A program made the position numbers and the translations under genes. A stretch of 64,000 nucleotides of DNA from Clostridia bacterium (GTDB lineage Bacteria > Bacillota > Clostridia > JAAYHZ01), in contig JBMNIH010000010.1 of the NCBI GenBank assembly GCA_050950825.1, positions 128,001-192,000 on the forward strand. The letters run 5' to 3'. This document shows positions 37,833-48,456 of the stretch, in pieces. The notes under the pieces were generated by a model, which was not told the DNA's origin, did not search any database, and was given only the letters and a program-made list of their open reading frames with translations. Numbering within the stretch: position 1 is the first letter of the stretch; each line of letters opens with the position of its first letter.

Positions 37833-39860
37833 TTACAAGGAGGACAATACTCTTTCTATATCCTTTGTCGGCTCTTGGCATGCAAAGTCTTCGCATATAT
37901 ACGCGGTCACTTGGTTGTCCGTTATATAATCTCTCAGGTGAGGACAAACCTCATAAACGGATTCGTTCCCGTCATGGAATAGTACGGTTGTAAAGGGTAA
38001 GAATTCGCTGTCAACTCTTTTCCGTACTTTAATCAATTCATCTTTATTTTTTCCGGTAAAAATAATTTGACGATTCTTTCGGCTACCGGCCATAAGAGCC
38101 GTTACAAAGTGAATATGAGCGGCAGGTTCGTTGTTTATATCTTTTCCGAAGGCTTTAAAAATCTCATCGGCTTTTTCTTTCAATTGGAGATCCGATGTAT
38201 ATTCATATAACCGAAGCAGATTCATGGCGGCTACGGAATTTCCGGAAGGGGTTGCACCGTCATAGTGTTCTTTAGGCCGAAGAATCAACGATTCGTGGTT
38301 ATTTCCGTAGAAGAAAAATCCGCCCGATTGTTCGTCCCAAAACTCGTTTATCAATACTCGGTTAAAATCCAATGCTTTTTTCAAGTATTGAGAATCAAAT
38401 GTGGATTGATAAAGCTCAATTAAACCGTAAATCATGTAAGCGTAATCATCTAAAAACCCTGCTGCCGAATTTTCACCTTCTTTATATCCGTTAAGCAAAT
38501 GATTTTTTTCATCCGTCATATACCGAAGAATAAAGTTTACGGCTTTTTTTGCCGCTATAATATAATCGCAGCGCTGAAGTATTCGCCCGCCAATAGCTAA
38601 AGCTGCAATCATCATGCCGTTCCAAGAAACCAATATTTTCGTATCTTTAAATGGTCGAGTTCTTTTTAGACGCTCGAAACAAAGCCGTGTTCGAATTTCT
38701 TCCATCTCTTTTTTCAATAGCGGATCCATAGTATCCAAGTCGGTTTCAATCAGATTTAAAATGTTGGACCCGCTAAAGTTCCCTTCTTTGGTTACTCCGT
38801 AATATTTTTGCAGTAAGCTCATCTTGTTTTCATTGAACAGCTTAAACAGCTCATTATAGGACCATACGTAGAACTTGCCTTCTTCGCCTTCCGAATCGGC
38901 GTCTTCGGCAGAGTAAAAAGCACCGTCGCTCGAGGTCAGATCACGAAATACATAAGCAAATATCTTTTCGGCGATATCTTTATACAATTCTTTTTTGGTA
39001 CATGCATAGCATTCGGAGTAGGCGATAGCCAATAAAGCGTTGTCATAAAGCATTTTTTCAAAATGTGGAACCAGCCAAGCTTGATCGGTTGAGTATCGGG
39101 AAAAACCGTATCCTATGTGGTCGAATATTCCTCCTTTGTACATAGAGGTCAAGGTATGCTCCGCCATATGCAATGCATTTGTATCGGAGGTTATTTTGTA
39201 ATATCTCAAAAGAAAAAGCAAGTTATGAGGGGTGGGAAACTTTGGAGCCGTGCCGAATCCTCCGTATTTCGGATCGTAATCAGCCTTAAGCAAACGATAA
39301 GCCTTGTCAATAGTTTTGATATCCGGTTCTTCAGAAGGAATTACCATTGATTTTTTTAGGTATTTATCAATCTCCGTAATATCTTCATACAAGCGTTCTT
39401 TATCCGTTTCCCAGAGCTTTGCGAAGTATGTCAGGATGTCAATAAACCCTAAGTACCGTCCTTTGGTTTCCTTGGGAAAATAGGTACCGGCGTAAAACGG
39501 TTTTTGATCCGGAGTCATAAATATACTTAACGGCCAGCCGCCGGATCCGGTTATTCCTTGGCATACTCGCATATAGATGTGGTCAATATCCGGTCTTAGT
39601 TCCCTGTCCACTTTAATGGACACATAGTGTTTATTCAATATTTTTGCCACTTCTTCGTCTTCAAAGGATTCTTTCTCCATAACGTGGCACCAATGGCAGG
39701 TAGAGTAGCCGATGGAGAGGAAGATGGGTTTGTCTTCTGCTTTAGCTTTTTCAAAAGCTTCATCACTCCATGGAAACCAATCGACAGGATTGTATGCATG
39801 CTGAAGAAGGTAAGGGGATTTCTCATGGATTAGCCTATTGGCTTTCTTATTAGTTGACAT
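37833..39860 (-). CDS. thioredoxin-domain protein of the YyaL/SSP411 family
   Basis: [56 protein letters not shown]. Confidence 0.93.
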   Translation of the reverse strand: MSTNKKANRLIHEKSPYLLQHAYNPVDWFPWSDEAFEKAKAEDKPIFLSIGYSTCHWCHVMEKESFEDEEVAKILNKHYVSIKVDRELRPDIDHIYMRVCQGITGSGGWPLSIFMTPDQKPFYAGTYFPKETKGRYLGFIDILTYFAKLWETDKERLYEDITEIDKYLKKSMVIPSEEPDIKTIDKAYRLLKADYDPKYGGFGTAPKFPTPHNLLFLLRYYKITSDTNALHMAEHTLTSMYKGGIFDHIGYGFSRYSTDQAWLVPHFEKMLYDNALLAIAYSECYACTKKELYKDIAEKIFAYVFRDLTSSDGAFYSAEDADSEGEEGKFYVWSYNELFKLFNENKMSLLQKYYGVTKEGNFSGSNILNLIETDLDTMDPLLKKEMEEIRTRLCFERLKRTRPFKDTKILVSWNGMMIAALAIGGRILQRCDYIIAAKKAVNFILRYMTDEKNHLLNGYKEGENSAAGFLDDYAYMIYGLIELYQSTFDSQYLKKALDFNRVLINEFWDEQSGGFFFYGNNHESLILRPKEHYDGATPSGNSVAAMNLLRLYEYTSDLQLKEKADEIFKAFGKDINNEPAAHIHFVTALMAGSRKNRQIIFTGKNKDELIKVRKRVDSEFLPFTTVLFHDGNESVYEVCPHLRDYITDNQVTAYICEDFACQEPTKDIERVLSSL

Positions 39861-40314
39861 ACGGGCGTTACCTTCCTTTCATAATTTGGTTTTATAGTAA
39901 AGTATTATTTTTATTTAACACTAAACTATTATTTGATAGAAAGCAATTATATATTCAAAGCAGGTATTTGGATGAACAAGATAACGGTAAACGCTTGGTA
40001 ATCGTTATGAGTTTGTATAATTTAATGGATTCGGGACTTGTACCGTGTATTTCTACCACAAATCATATAACTTATCCGACAATGCCGTATTGAATTTATC
40101 AAACCTACGATCTAAGTTTATCTAACAAATAACTCTTTCATTCTTTATGGAAAATATATCGTAAATAAAGGGAAGCCATTCTTCGGCGCGAAAACTGAAA
40201 ACATTCCGGTCCGTTTACTCATATTAGGGAAAAGGATTTTCCATGCTATTAACCCGCACTCTTCCGACATTGTTACACGCTACAATTCCGGTTAACATCC
40301 TATCGTTTCTCTTT

Positions 40315-40428
40315 ACAGTTAACAACAGTTAACAAATATTAACGTTAATTAATAATAAATCTAATAATTTTATTAAAATATATTTACAATCGGTAATTAT
40401 CGGCATATAATATTAACAAAGAGTAACA
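40315..40428 (+). promoter_or_regulatory. DeoR-gene promoter with 10-bp-period TAAC repeats (candidate operator)
   Basis: ACAGTTAACA x2 and AATATTAACG at 40315-40344; TTTACA-N17-TATAAT at 40383-40411; AATATTAACA and AAGAGTAACA at 40409-40428. Confidence 0.55.
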
Positions 40429-40482
40429 TAGATCGGACACGTGTTTGTCTTTATAATGACAAAGCTAAGGAGTGGATTTTAG

Positions 40483-41280
40483 ATGTTTATTGAGGAACGG
40501 CATCAAGCGATATTAAATTTACTTAAGGAAAACGGAAGAATCAAAATCAGTGATATCCAAAAAGAATTTAATATTTCTCTTGAATCCGCAAGACGTGACT
40601 TAAGAATTTTGGAGGAGAAAGGGCTTCTTAAAAGAACGCATGGAGGAGCGATACCCTTGATGCAAGTGGGATTTATACCTCCGCGTGTCAGAGAAATAAA
40701 GGAAGTGTTTGATAATTACGATGCAATTGCCAAAAAAGGAGCCGAATTTATTAAGGAAAACGATATCGTATATCTCACAAGCGGTTCTGTGGGATTCATA
40801 ATGCTAAAGTATTTGCCGCGAGATATAAATTATACTTTGGTTGTCAATTCCGTATCCCTCGCCAATGAATTAAAGCTATGGGACAATGTAAGTGTTTATG
40901 TTGTCGGAGGCAAGATGAGACAGCATAGCACTGCATCCATGGTGGATAGCCTTGCCACTTCTTTTGTGCGTAATATGCATTTTGATTTGAATCTTATGAC
41001 TGCCGGCGGAGTTGATGCTCAATTTGGCGTGTCGAACGGAACTGACGAGACCGCAACTTTCCAAAGAGCCGTTATTGAGAACTCTCGAAGAAATATCCTC
41101 TTAATGCCGAATCAAAAAATCGGGTTTAAGGCCTTCATTAAAGTGTGTGACGTCAATAAGTTTGATACATTGATAACCGATTGGGATGCATCGGAAGAGG
41201 AATTGGTTAAAATCCGGGAAGCCGGTGTTGAAGTAATTGTTGTTGAGAATGAGAAGGACGGCAACCCTGCCGATAAATAA
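40483..41280 (+). CDS. DeoR/GlpR-family transcriptional regulator
   Basis: EERHQAIL...SLESARRDLRILE...RTHGGA HTH plus sugar-binding domain. Confidence 0.93.
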   Translation: MFIEERHQAILNLLKENGRIKISDIQKEFNISLESARRDLRILEEKGLLKRTHGGAIPLMQVGFIPPRVREIKEVFDNYDAIAKKGAEFIKENDIVYLTSGSVGFIMLKYLPRDINYTLVVNSVSLANELKLWDNVSVYVVGGKMRQHSTASMVDSLATSFVRNMHFDLNLMTAGGVDAQFGVSNGTDETATFQRAVIENSRRNILLMPNQKIGFKAFIKVCDVNKFDTLITDWDASEEELVKIREAGVEVIVVENEKDGNPADK

Positions 41281-41320
41281 AACCGTTTTAAGGATGTTAA
41301 GTGACAAAAAGAATTTTTGC

Positions 41321-41370
41321 GCTCCTGCAAAAACCGATTCGTTTCATTGCGGTTTTTGCAGGAGCTTTTC
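41321..41370. terminator. bidirectional terminator between DeoR and GH51 genes
   Basis: GCTCCTGCAAAAACCG...CGGTTTTTGCAGGAGC, a 16-bp stem. Confidence 0.8.
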
Positions 41371-41380
41371 CAAATTCAAA

Positions 41381-42856
41381 TCATAAACCGATGTTGCGAA
41401 GTATAATTCGCATAATACTGTGAGGAGGCAGTTCCATTGAATTTTTAATATCCGTTTCTACGGGTCGGTCCGAGATGTTGTAGGGTTCTTCGAAAGTATT
41501 CATGCTTCGTACGTTCGGATTCCAAAGGATGTCTGCGCGATCCAAAATCCACATATCATCAAGCCTAACATTTACTTTTTGCTTGTTGTGCAAATCCTTG
41601 TTTACCATTGTAATGACAAGTTTTTTGCCGTCGCTGCTAATTGATGCCACGCAATCCGTCATGGAATTGGGGCGGTCTTGATATATCGGTATTATGGTTT
41701 GTTTCAAATGCTCCTTGAATAGCTTAAATACGTAGAAGGTAGGCGTTTTATAACACTTCGGACCTTCCGTTTCGAATAGACTTTGCAAAAGGTTGACCAA
41801 TTGGGTTTCCATTGCAAATTCAACAATGTCGCAGTTCCTATAAAACAAGTGGAGGGTGCATGCGGCAAATATGGCATCTCGTAAGGTCTGGCGCTGGCGT
41901 GTTCCGTTCTCTAAGGTTGCTTCCGAATGCCAAAGGCTCCATTCGTCAAAGCAAATGGTGGTTTTGAATCTTTCGTTTGTATGCTCCGATATATATCCGC
42001 GGTGTAAATCGATATCCTTTTGATAATATTTCAGCGCGTCCAAGGAGAAATAATAGTTCTCATCGCTGAAATCCACCGCATCGCCACACTCCTTATAGCG
42101 TGATTTGGCACTTCCGATATAGTGATGGACGGAAAGGGAATCGGGTCCTTTTTGCCGTTGCCGGTGCGTTACATAGTCCAGGAATTTGCCGACCCAGCCC
42201 GGCAGGTAATGGCGCTCGCTCAGTCCAAGCCCGATGATGTGCAGATCGTTTCTCAATTCCCGTATTGCGGTTGTAAACTTCAGATAGTTCTGTGCATAGG
42301 CAACCGGGTTGTTATAATCAATCCACCATACGTTTTCATCCGTGTTTCCGATGCCCCAATACTTTACGTTATACGGTTCGGGATGACCGTTCTCGGCACG
42401 ATAAGAACCGTACTTTGTTTCAACGGGCCCGTTGCAATATTCATACCAATCAAGGAATTCGTCCGGACTGCCGGTAGCGGTATTGGCAACAATGATCGGC
42501 TCCGCTCCTATTAATCGGCAGAAATGAATAAACTCATCCGTACCAAAATCGTGGTGCCATATTTTATCCGGACAAGGTATCGGATGGATCCTGCTTTTTC
42601 GTTCTTTTCCTACTCCGTCCTTCCAATGATAATGATCCGCACAGCAACCTCCCGGCCAACGAACAGCGGCAATACCCGCTTCGCGGCAACCGTCGATTAC
42701 GGATTTGCGAATGCCGTCCACATTAGGTATGGGTGATTCTTTTCCGACCCAAATACCGTCGTATACAGTGCTTCCGAAATACTCAAAAAAAGTACTGTGC
42801 AAAAAAGGGCTGATTCGATGTGTTTTCACAGGTTCGTTATAAATATATAAATTCAT
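41381..42856 (-). CDS. GH51 alpha-L-arabinofuranosidase-like glycosidase
   Basis: VYDGIWVG, RWPGGC.ADHYHWKDG, FGTDEF, FDEW, QLVNLLQ; start at ATG 42856 after GGGAGG. Confidence 0.88.
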   Translation of the reverse strand: MNLYIYNEPVKTHRISPFLHSTFFEYFGSTVYDGIWVGKESPIPNVDGIRKSVIDGCREAGIAAVRWPGGCCADHYHWKDGVGKERKSRIHPIPCPDKIWHHDFGTDEFIHFCRLIGAEPIIVANTATGSPDEFLDWYEYCNGPVETKYGSYRAENGHPEPYNVKYWGIGNTDENVWWIDYNNPVAYAQNYLKFTTAIRELRNDLHIIGLGLSERHYLPGWVGKFLDYVTHRQRQKGPDSLSVHHYIGSAKSRYKECGDAVDFSDENYYFSLDALKYYQKDIDLHRGYISEHTNERFKTTICFDEWSLWHSEATLENGTRQRQTLRDAIFAACTLHLFYRNCDIVEFAMETQLVNLLQSLFETEGPKCYKTPTFYVFKLFKEHLKQTIIPIYQDRPNSMTDCVASISSDGKKLVITMVNKDLHNKQKVNVRLDDMWILDRADILWNPNVRSMNTFEEPYNISDRPVETDIKNSMELPPHSIMRIILRNIGL

Positions 42857-42865
42857 ATGATATAC

Positions 42866-44702
42866 CTCCCTAATAATACTTTGATTTTCTTTGAATATCT
42901 CACTCATTCTTAGATTTTCTCATTTTTCAAGATGAGCCACATGGACAGACGATACATTGTTGCATAATTATGGATTCCATAGTGCATACTAATTAAACCT
43001 GTGTCATTTTGCTGTTTTACGGCCATTAGTATCCACACATTCTCCGGTGGCAACCCTCCCATGTCTAGCGGGGTCATAGCCCTTATGGTGAAAATTCATC
43101 CCGACTATCCGGCTCTTCTTGTCAATGTTCAATCTATAATGAATGAATAGTGAAAACTTGAGTTTTACTCTGTCCCCTTGCACCGCTTAGTTACTTCCGT
43201 CATTGCTCGAGGAAGACTGTCAAGGGTCGGCGCAAGCCGAACGCAGTCTTGCCCTTGACCGTCTTACGAGAGCAATGTATCCTTCCATAAGCGGTGTAAG
43301 TTATGCAGCTTTGGTTTCAGGTCTTCTTATATCGCTCATCATCTTTTGCGGATCGTACGCTACGTTTTTCGTCAGTATCGCATAAAAAATCCGAATCAGT
43401 TTGTTACTCAATGCAACCAAAGATTGCATCTTCTTCAGCGGATTTTCCTTCCGGCTTGTGTAATACTCGTGCAGAGCTCTAAATTCCTCATTCTTGGATA
43501 ACAACGGCATCATCCCAAATGTCAGATAATATCGCAGTCGTTTTCTCCCTCGCTTGCATATGGTGGTCTTGCCTTTATGTTTCCCGGAGCTGTTCTCTTT
43601 CAGACTTAGTCCTGCCAACTTTTGTATCTGTTTCGGATGCGAAAAACGCTTTATGTCACCTATTTCCGCTATGAATCCTGCCGCCGTAACAAGTCCTATT
43701 CCCTTGATTTCAAGCAATTTCTCAAACCCCGGTATTTCTTTCGTCAATCTTTCGACTAACTCCATTGTTTTATCATATTGACGTTTTTTGCTTTCATAAT
43801 CTTCAAGCAGCATTTCCAACTCATACTCGGCGGAAATTAGCCCTTCCGTCGTTCCTACGGACGAGACGGCTGCCTCCAACAGCATCTTTGCCCTGTTTCT
43901 TCCGACTGCTCGTATCTTGTATTTCTTCCAAACGGCTATGATTCCGTCAACACCCTTCTCTTTTATCTTCGTCGGTGTCGCGCACTCTTTCAATACGAGG
44001 ATCGCCGCTTTCCCTTCCCAATCCTTAAACACCTTCGTCAATTCGGGAAAGTATATGCAAATCCATCGGCTAATCCTATTCTTGATTGCGGAAAGCTCCT
44101 TCATAATTCGCCAACGGCTGTCCATAGCCGTTCGCAATTCCTTGTATACCCCTTCCGGTAGATAGGGTTCTATATATCTGCCGTCTTTAATCAGCATGGC
44201 GATGGTTTTCGGATCTTTTCGGTCGGTTTTACTCGGGTTATTGTCATCCAATTCCTTGCTTTTCTTTACATGGTGAGGATTAACCAACGCGATCCTCATA
44301 CCGCTTTGTCTTTCGATATATTCTCCAAGGTTGAACCAATAGTGCCCGGTGGGCTCCATACCTATCGTCACATCCTTGAATCCATTGTTATTGACTAGTT
44401 TCCTGACCCAATCTTCAAACCTTGAAAACCCTTCCGCGTCATTATTGAATTTCAATAGCTTTCCGTATTCCAATCCTCTGAAATTGAATGCTCGGGCGTA
44501 ATGTGTTTCGCTTCCAACATCAATTCCAACAATCAATGTTTTTTCTGTTATTTGCATTATTCTTTCATTTTGGGTATACTTCATTGTAGATGCCTCCTGT
44601 TGATTTTGATTTGTGGTTACTTGTTGTGCAACTCACATTTCAAATTCTACAGTACGGCATCTTCTTTTTCAAAGTTCATTTTATTTCACTACAGGAATGC
44701 TC
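42866..44702 (-). mobile_element. IS110-family insertion sequence
   Basis: Minus strand runs GAG-CATTCCTGT...TATTAGG-GAG with the GAG core at both ends; no terminal IRs; long non-coding right end. Boundaries inferred. Confidence 0.75.
43301..44584 (-). CDS. IS110-family DEDD recombinase/transposase
   Basis: VGIDVG, GMEPTGHYW, KTDRKD, IKGIG..TAA, LAGL...NSSGK, KRGRKRLR. Confidence 0.95.
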   Translation of the reverse strand: MKYTQNERIMQITEKTLIVGIDVGSETHYARAFNFRGLEYGKLLKFNNDAEGFSRFEDWVRKLVNNNGFKDVTIGMEPTGHYWFNLGEYIERQSGMRIALVNPHHVKKSKELDDNNPSKTDRKDPKTIAMLIKDGRYIEPYLPEGVYKELRTAMDSRWRIMKELSAIKNRISRWICIYFPELTKVFKDWEGKAAILVLKECATPTKIKEKGVDGIIAVWKKYKIRAVGRNRAKMLLEAAVSSVGTTEGLISAEYELEMLLEDYESKKRQYDKTMELVERLTKEIPGFEKLLEIKGIGLVTAAGFIAEIGDIKRFSHPKQIQKLAGLSLKENSSGKHKGKTTICKRGRKRLRYYLTFGMMPLLSKNEEFRALHEYYTSRKENPLKKMQSLVALSNKLIRIFYAILTKNVAYDPQKMMSDIRRPETKAA

Positions 44703-44741
44703 ATTCAATAGCATCCGGGAATTTACCGCATGATATGATTT

Positions 44742-45169
44742 TTATTCGACGTTATACATTTTTTTCATGTCCGCAACGGATTTTACGATAATTTCTTTTA
44801 ATACGTCGATATTGATATCTTCCAATTTATTAATGTAAATGCATGAACCCGAGCCGGCTTTGTATTTACCGAGTTTATTCAGAAGATCTTGATAATTGCT
44901 TGCTCCCGACATAATGTATAGGGATATATATTGTTTTCTCGGTGAAAAAGCGATTAACGGCCAATCTCCTTCTTGCTTGCTTCTTTCCGATTTGTAATGA
45001 TAGGAACCGTATCCGATCATGTTGTTGCTCCAATACTCGGCTTTTTCATTTAATACGCTATCAAAAACTTTTTTTAATTCGATACTGTCCAATCTCTTTT
45101 TTCAGGCTCAACACTCATTAAGTATTCATCGACATTAAGATCCGTTCGCTTTGTTTTTATTTCACCCAT
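44742..45169 (-). CDS. DUF1801-domain protein (apparent 1-nt deletion in an A-run at about 45100)
   Basis: SD GGAG plus MGEIKTKRTDLNVDEYL joins the frame encoding IGYGSYHY..GDWP..FSPRK..SCIYINKLED after +1 A. Confidence 0.8.
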
Positions 45170-45469
45170 CATCAATCTCCTCGGACAATTTGTTTTTCAT
45201 ACGTTTATTTTACCGGAATTCTTTATTGTCTGAATGATAATGTTTTGTTGCTTTCTTTTAACAAATATAATATTCTTTTAACGGAGAACATAAAAGTTGT
45301 AATTTAATCTGTTGAATGGACGCAGATTAATAAGAAGAGACAAATTTGTTATCGATTTTTATAAAAAATGAATAGTTAATTCGGTATACTTTTGCACGGA
45401 TTTGTGATAAAATGGCACACTGATTCGTGTTTTATGTTTATTCAACAAAGTTGGGAGGATCGAAGGATA

Positions 45470-47641
45470 ATGTCAATCGTAAGTCTGGTTATCATTGCGT
45501 CTATTTTGGCCGTCTCTTTCGCCGCTTTTAACTTCGTAAAGGTTAAGAGAATGGATGAAGGTACGGAGAAAATGAAGGAAATTGCAGCTGCAATCCGTAT
45601 TGGCGCAAATGCATTTATTAACTACGAGTACAAGGTTCTTTATGCGGTTGTTGCAATCGTAGCCGTTTTAATGGTCGTGTTGACCTCTTGGTATGCCGCC
45701 GTTTCATTGGTCATCGGATCGCTGTTAAGCGGTGCTGCCGGATTTATAGGTATGAAAATTGCAACTTACGCAAACGTTCGAGTTTCAAACGAAGCGCGTA
45801 CAACGAAAGATATAGGTAAAACCGTAAAAGTCGCCATTCGCGGCGGTTCGGTTATGGGCTTGTGTGTATCGGGCTTTGCTTTATTCGGTTTATTTTTAGT
45901 TTATGTTATTTTCGGTTTGCTGCTGGGACAATTGGAGGATTTGAGTTCATATACAAACTGGCTCGGCGTTTCATTCATTCCCTTTACAATGAGCTTGTCC
46001 GGTTATGCGTTAGGTTGTTCCATGGTAGCGATGTTCAACCGTGTCGGTGGCGGTATCTATACAAAAGCTGCCGATATGGGAGCGGATTTGGTAGGTAAGA
46101 CGGAAGCTCATATTCCGGAAGACGACCCTCGTAACCCCGCTACCATTGCGGATAATGTAGGGGATAACGTTGGAGACGTTGCCGGCTTAGGCTCCGACTT
46201 ATTGGAAAGCTATGTTGGCTCCATTGTTTCCGCTATTATTTTAGGGTACCACTTGGTTATTTCGGCGCAAGCTAACGGAAGCGCTATTGCGGACGGTATG
46301 CTAACGAAGTTAATCATGTTCCCGCTGGCTTTTGTTGCCACCGGCTTGATTTCTTGCTGTTTAGGTATTGCAACCATCATTTTCAAATCAAAAATGTCCC
46401 ACGACCCTCATAAGGATCTTAACTTAGCCACATATATATCTGCAGGATTAACCATCTTATTTGGTTTTGTTTCATCCTACGTCATTTTTGGTAAAGTTGA
46501 AAATCTCGGTACATTCAATTTTGCAGCCGGTTGGATTTCTCCTTGGATTGCCGCTACCATTGGTGTGGCTGCCGGTGTTATCATAGGCGCTATTGCCGAA
46601 TACTATACCTCGGATGGATTTAACCCCACAAAAAATCTTGCGCATGCATCTCTTGAAGGTTCCGCTTTAACAATCACCCAAGGCTTGGCGTTAGGTATGA
46701 AATCTTGTATGGCTCCTTGTATTATATTGGCCGGCGGAATCATTTTTGCCTATGCCATCTCGGGTCTTTACGGAGTTGCGATATCCGCTATGGGTATGCT
46801 TTCCTTCGTAGCCGCCACGGTTTCCGTAGACACATACGGTCCGATTTCGGACAATGCCGGCGGTATTTCTGAAATGTCCGGACTTGAAAAGGATGTTCGC
46901 CGTATTACGGACACATTGGACTCCGTAGGAAATACAACCGCAGCCATCGGTAAAGGATTTGCTATCGGATCGGGAGCGTTAGCCGCTTTGGCTTTAATGA
47001 TTTCCTATTTGTATTCATACAACGAAATCGGAACCAACTTATTATTAAATATTGTTAAGCCTATTGTTCTGGCCGGTGCTATCGTCGGAGGCGCTTTGCC
47101 GTTTATGTTCTCCGGTATCTTGATTGAAGCCGTAGCAAAGGCCGCTCGTAAGATGGTGGACGAAGTTCGCCGTCAATTTAGAGAAATTAAAGGTATTATG
47201 GACGGATCCGAAAAACCGGATTACAAAACTTGTATCGAAATCTCCACAAAAGGTGCGATTAGCGAAATGAAGTTCCCGTCTATAATGGCTATTGTGGTTC
47301 CCGTGGTTTGCGGTTTCATTTTCGGTCCCGAGTTTGTAGGAGGTCTGATCATCGGATGTACGATATCCGCTATCATGCTTGCTCTGTTCTGCGGCAATGC
47401 AGGAGGCGCTTGGGATAATGCGAAGAAACACATTGAATCCGGCGGAATCGAAGGAGTCGGAAAAGGCACGTCCGCTCATGACTCCGCAGTTGTCGGAGAT
47501 ACGGTAGGAGATCCTTTGAAAGATACCGTAGGTCCGTGCTTGGATATCTTTATTAAGATTATGTCAACGGTATCCCTTGTTGCCGTCAGCATTTTCAGTA
47601 AATACAATTTGGCGGATCTTTTATCAAATTTATTTAAATAG
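45470..47641 (+). CDS. hppA: membrane-integral ion-translocating pyrophosphatase, K+-dependent, probably Na+-pumping
   Basis: GGIYTKAADMGADLVGK, EDDPRN, DNVGDNVGD, GNTTAA (Ala variant), GSDLLESY, GDTVGDP. Confidence 0.93.
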   Translation: MSIVSLVIIASILAVSFAAFNFVKVKRMDEGTEKMKEIAAAIRIGANAFINYEYKVLYAVVAIVAVLMVVLTSWYAAVSLVIGSLLSGAAGFIGMKIATYANVRVSNEARTTKDIGKTVKVAIRGGSVMGLCVSGFALFGLFLVYVIFGLLLGQLEDLSSYTNWLGVSFIPFTMSLSGYALGCSMVAMFNRVGGGIYTKAADMGADLVGKTEAHIPEDDPRNPATIADNVGDNVGDVAGLGSDLLESYVGSIVSAIILGYHLVISAQANGSAIADGMLTKLIMFPLAFVATGLISCCLGIATIIFKSKMSHDPHKDLNLATYISAGLTILFGFVSSYVIFGKVENLGTFNFAAGWISPWIAATIGVAAGVIIGAIAEYYTSDGFNPTKNLAHASLEGSALTITQGLALGMKSCMAPCIILAGGIIFAYAISGLYGVAISAMGMLSFVAATVSVDTYGPISDNAGGISEMSGLEKDVRRITDTLDSVGNTTAAIGKGFAIGSGALAALALMISYLYSYNEIGTNLLLNIVKPIVLAGAIVGGALPFMFSGILIEAVAKAARKMVDEVRRQFREIKGIMDGSEKPDYKTCIEISTKGAISEMKFPSIMAIVVPVVCGFIFGPEFVGGLIIGCTISAIMLALFCGNAGGAWDNAKKHIESGGIEGVGKGTSAHDSAVVGDTVGDPLKDTVGPCLDIFIKIMSTVSLVAVSIFSKYNLADLLSNLFK

Positions 47642-47660
47642 ATTCATTATATATAAAAGA

Positions 47661-47691
47661 AAGCCCGAACAAGAAGGATTCGGGCTTTTTT
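47661..47691 (+). terminator. terminator after hppA
   Basis: AAAGCCCGAA...TTCGGGCTTT plus T-run. Confidence 0.8.
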
Positions 47692-47699
47692 GAATTTTT

Positions 47700-47753
47700 A
47701 TTGTCAACCATATATTTATAACGGTTGACAATCGGGAGCTTATTCTATAAAAT
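47700..47753 (+). promoter_or_regulatory. BirA operator overlapping the bioY promoter
   Basis: ATTGTCAAC-N15-GTTGACAAT; the right half contains TTGACA-N17-TAAAAT. Confidence 0.85.
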
Positions 47754-47783
47754 ATCGAAAGATATTTTTCCGGGAAGGTTTTT

Positions 47784-48329
47784 ATGAAAAACAGACAAGA
47801 CATATACCGAATGGTATTAACGGCCGTAGCGGCCGCCGTACTATGTGTTTTGGGCCCTTTGTCCATACCCATCGGCATTGTACCCATTTCCTTTACGAAT
47901 TTTGCCCTTTTCATTTCCCTGTACGCTTTGGGTATGAAAAACGGTACATACGGCTATATTATCTATTTACTCATCGGCCTTACGGGGGTACCGGTGTTTT
48001 CGAATTTCAGCGGAGGCATAGGAAAATTGCTCGGCCCTACGGGAGGCTACTTAATAGGAATGATCTTTACCGCCGTTATTGCAGGGCTTTTCATCGATCG
48101 TTTTTTGAATAAGAAAATCCTATGTTTTTTGGGAATGGTTATCGGAGCCTTGGTATGCTATCTATTCGGTTCCGCTTGGCTTTCCTATCAAGGACATATG
48201 TCCATCGCCCAATCTCTATCCGTTGGCGTTATTCCCTTTATTCCCGGCGATTTGGCTAAAATTCTAATTGTCGCCCTGATCGGACCGAAGATTCGAAAAC
48301 GGCTGACGGAATCACGGGTCGACTCGTAA
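47784..48329 (+). CDS. bioY: biotin transporter BioY
   Basis: IPIGIVPI, G.PVFS, GPTGGYL, PFIPGD..K; BirA site upstream. Confidence 0.95.
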   Translation: MKNRQDIYRMVLTAVAAAVLCVLGPLSIPIGIVPISFTNFALFISLYALGMKNGTYGYIIYLLIGLTGVPVFSNFSGGIGKLLGPTGGYLIGMIFTAVIAGLFIDRFLNKKILCFLGMVIGALVCYLFGSAWLSYQGHMSIAQSLSVGVIPFIPGDLAKILIVALIGPKIRKRLTESRVDS

Positions 48330-48351
48330 TCAATTTTATATCTCCATTCAT

Positions 48352-48378
48352 AACCGGCTTGCAATGCCGGTTTTTTAT
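48352..48378 (+). terminator. terminator after bioY
   Basis: AACCGGC...GCCGGTT plus T-run. Confidence 0.75.
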
Positions 48379-48398
48379 TACTCCGCGGACGGATTAAG

Positions 48399-48428
48399 GT
48401 ATAAATGCTCAATTTTTTGCAAAAAGTA
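48399..48428 (+). promoter_or_regulatory. forespore sigma-F/sigma-G-like promoter
   Basis: GTATA-N15-GCAAAAAGTA upstream of the germination operon. Confidence 0.5.
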
Positions 48429-48456
48429 TGGTAAAGAAATATCAAGAGGTACGTTT

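Noticed and set aside
39854-40300. Short ORF 39854-40093 and possible gene remnants
   Set aside because: No SD or recognisable domain; may be decayed sequence but cannot be supported.
45180-45469. Na+ riboswitch or Rex operator upstream of hppA
   Set aside because: No match to motifs I can recognise; the Rex-like half sites have the wrong spacing.
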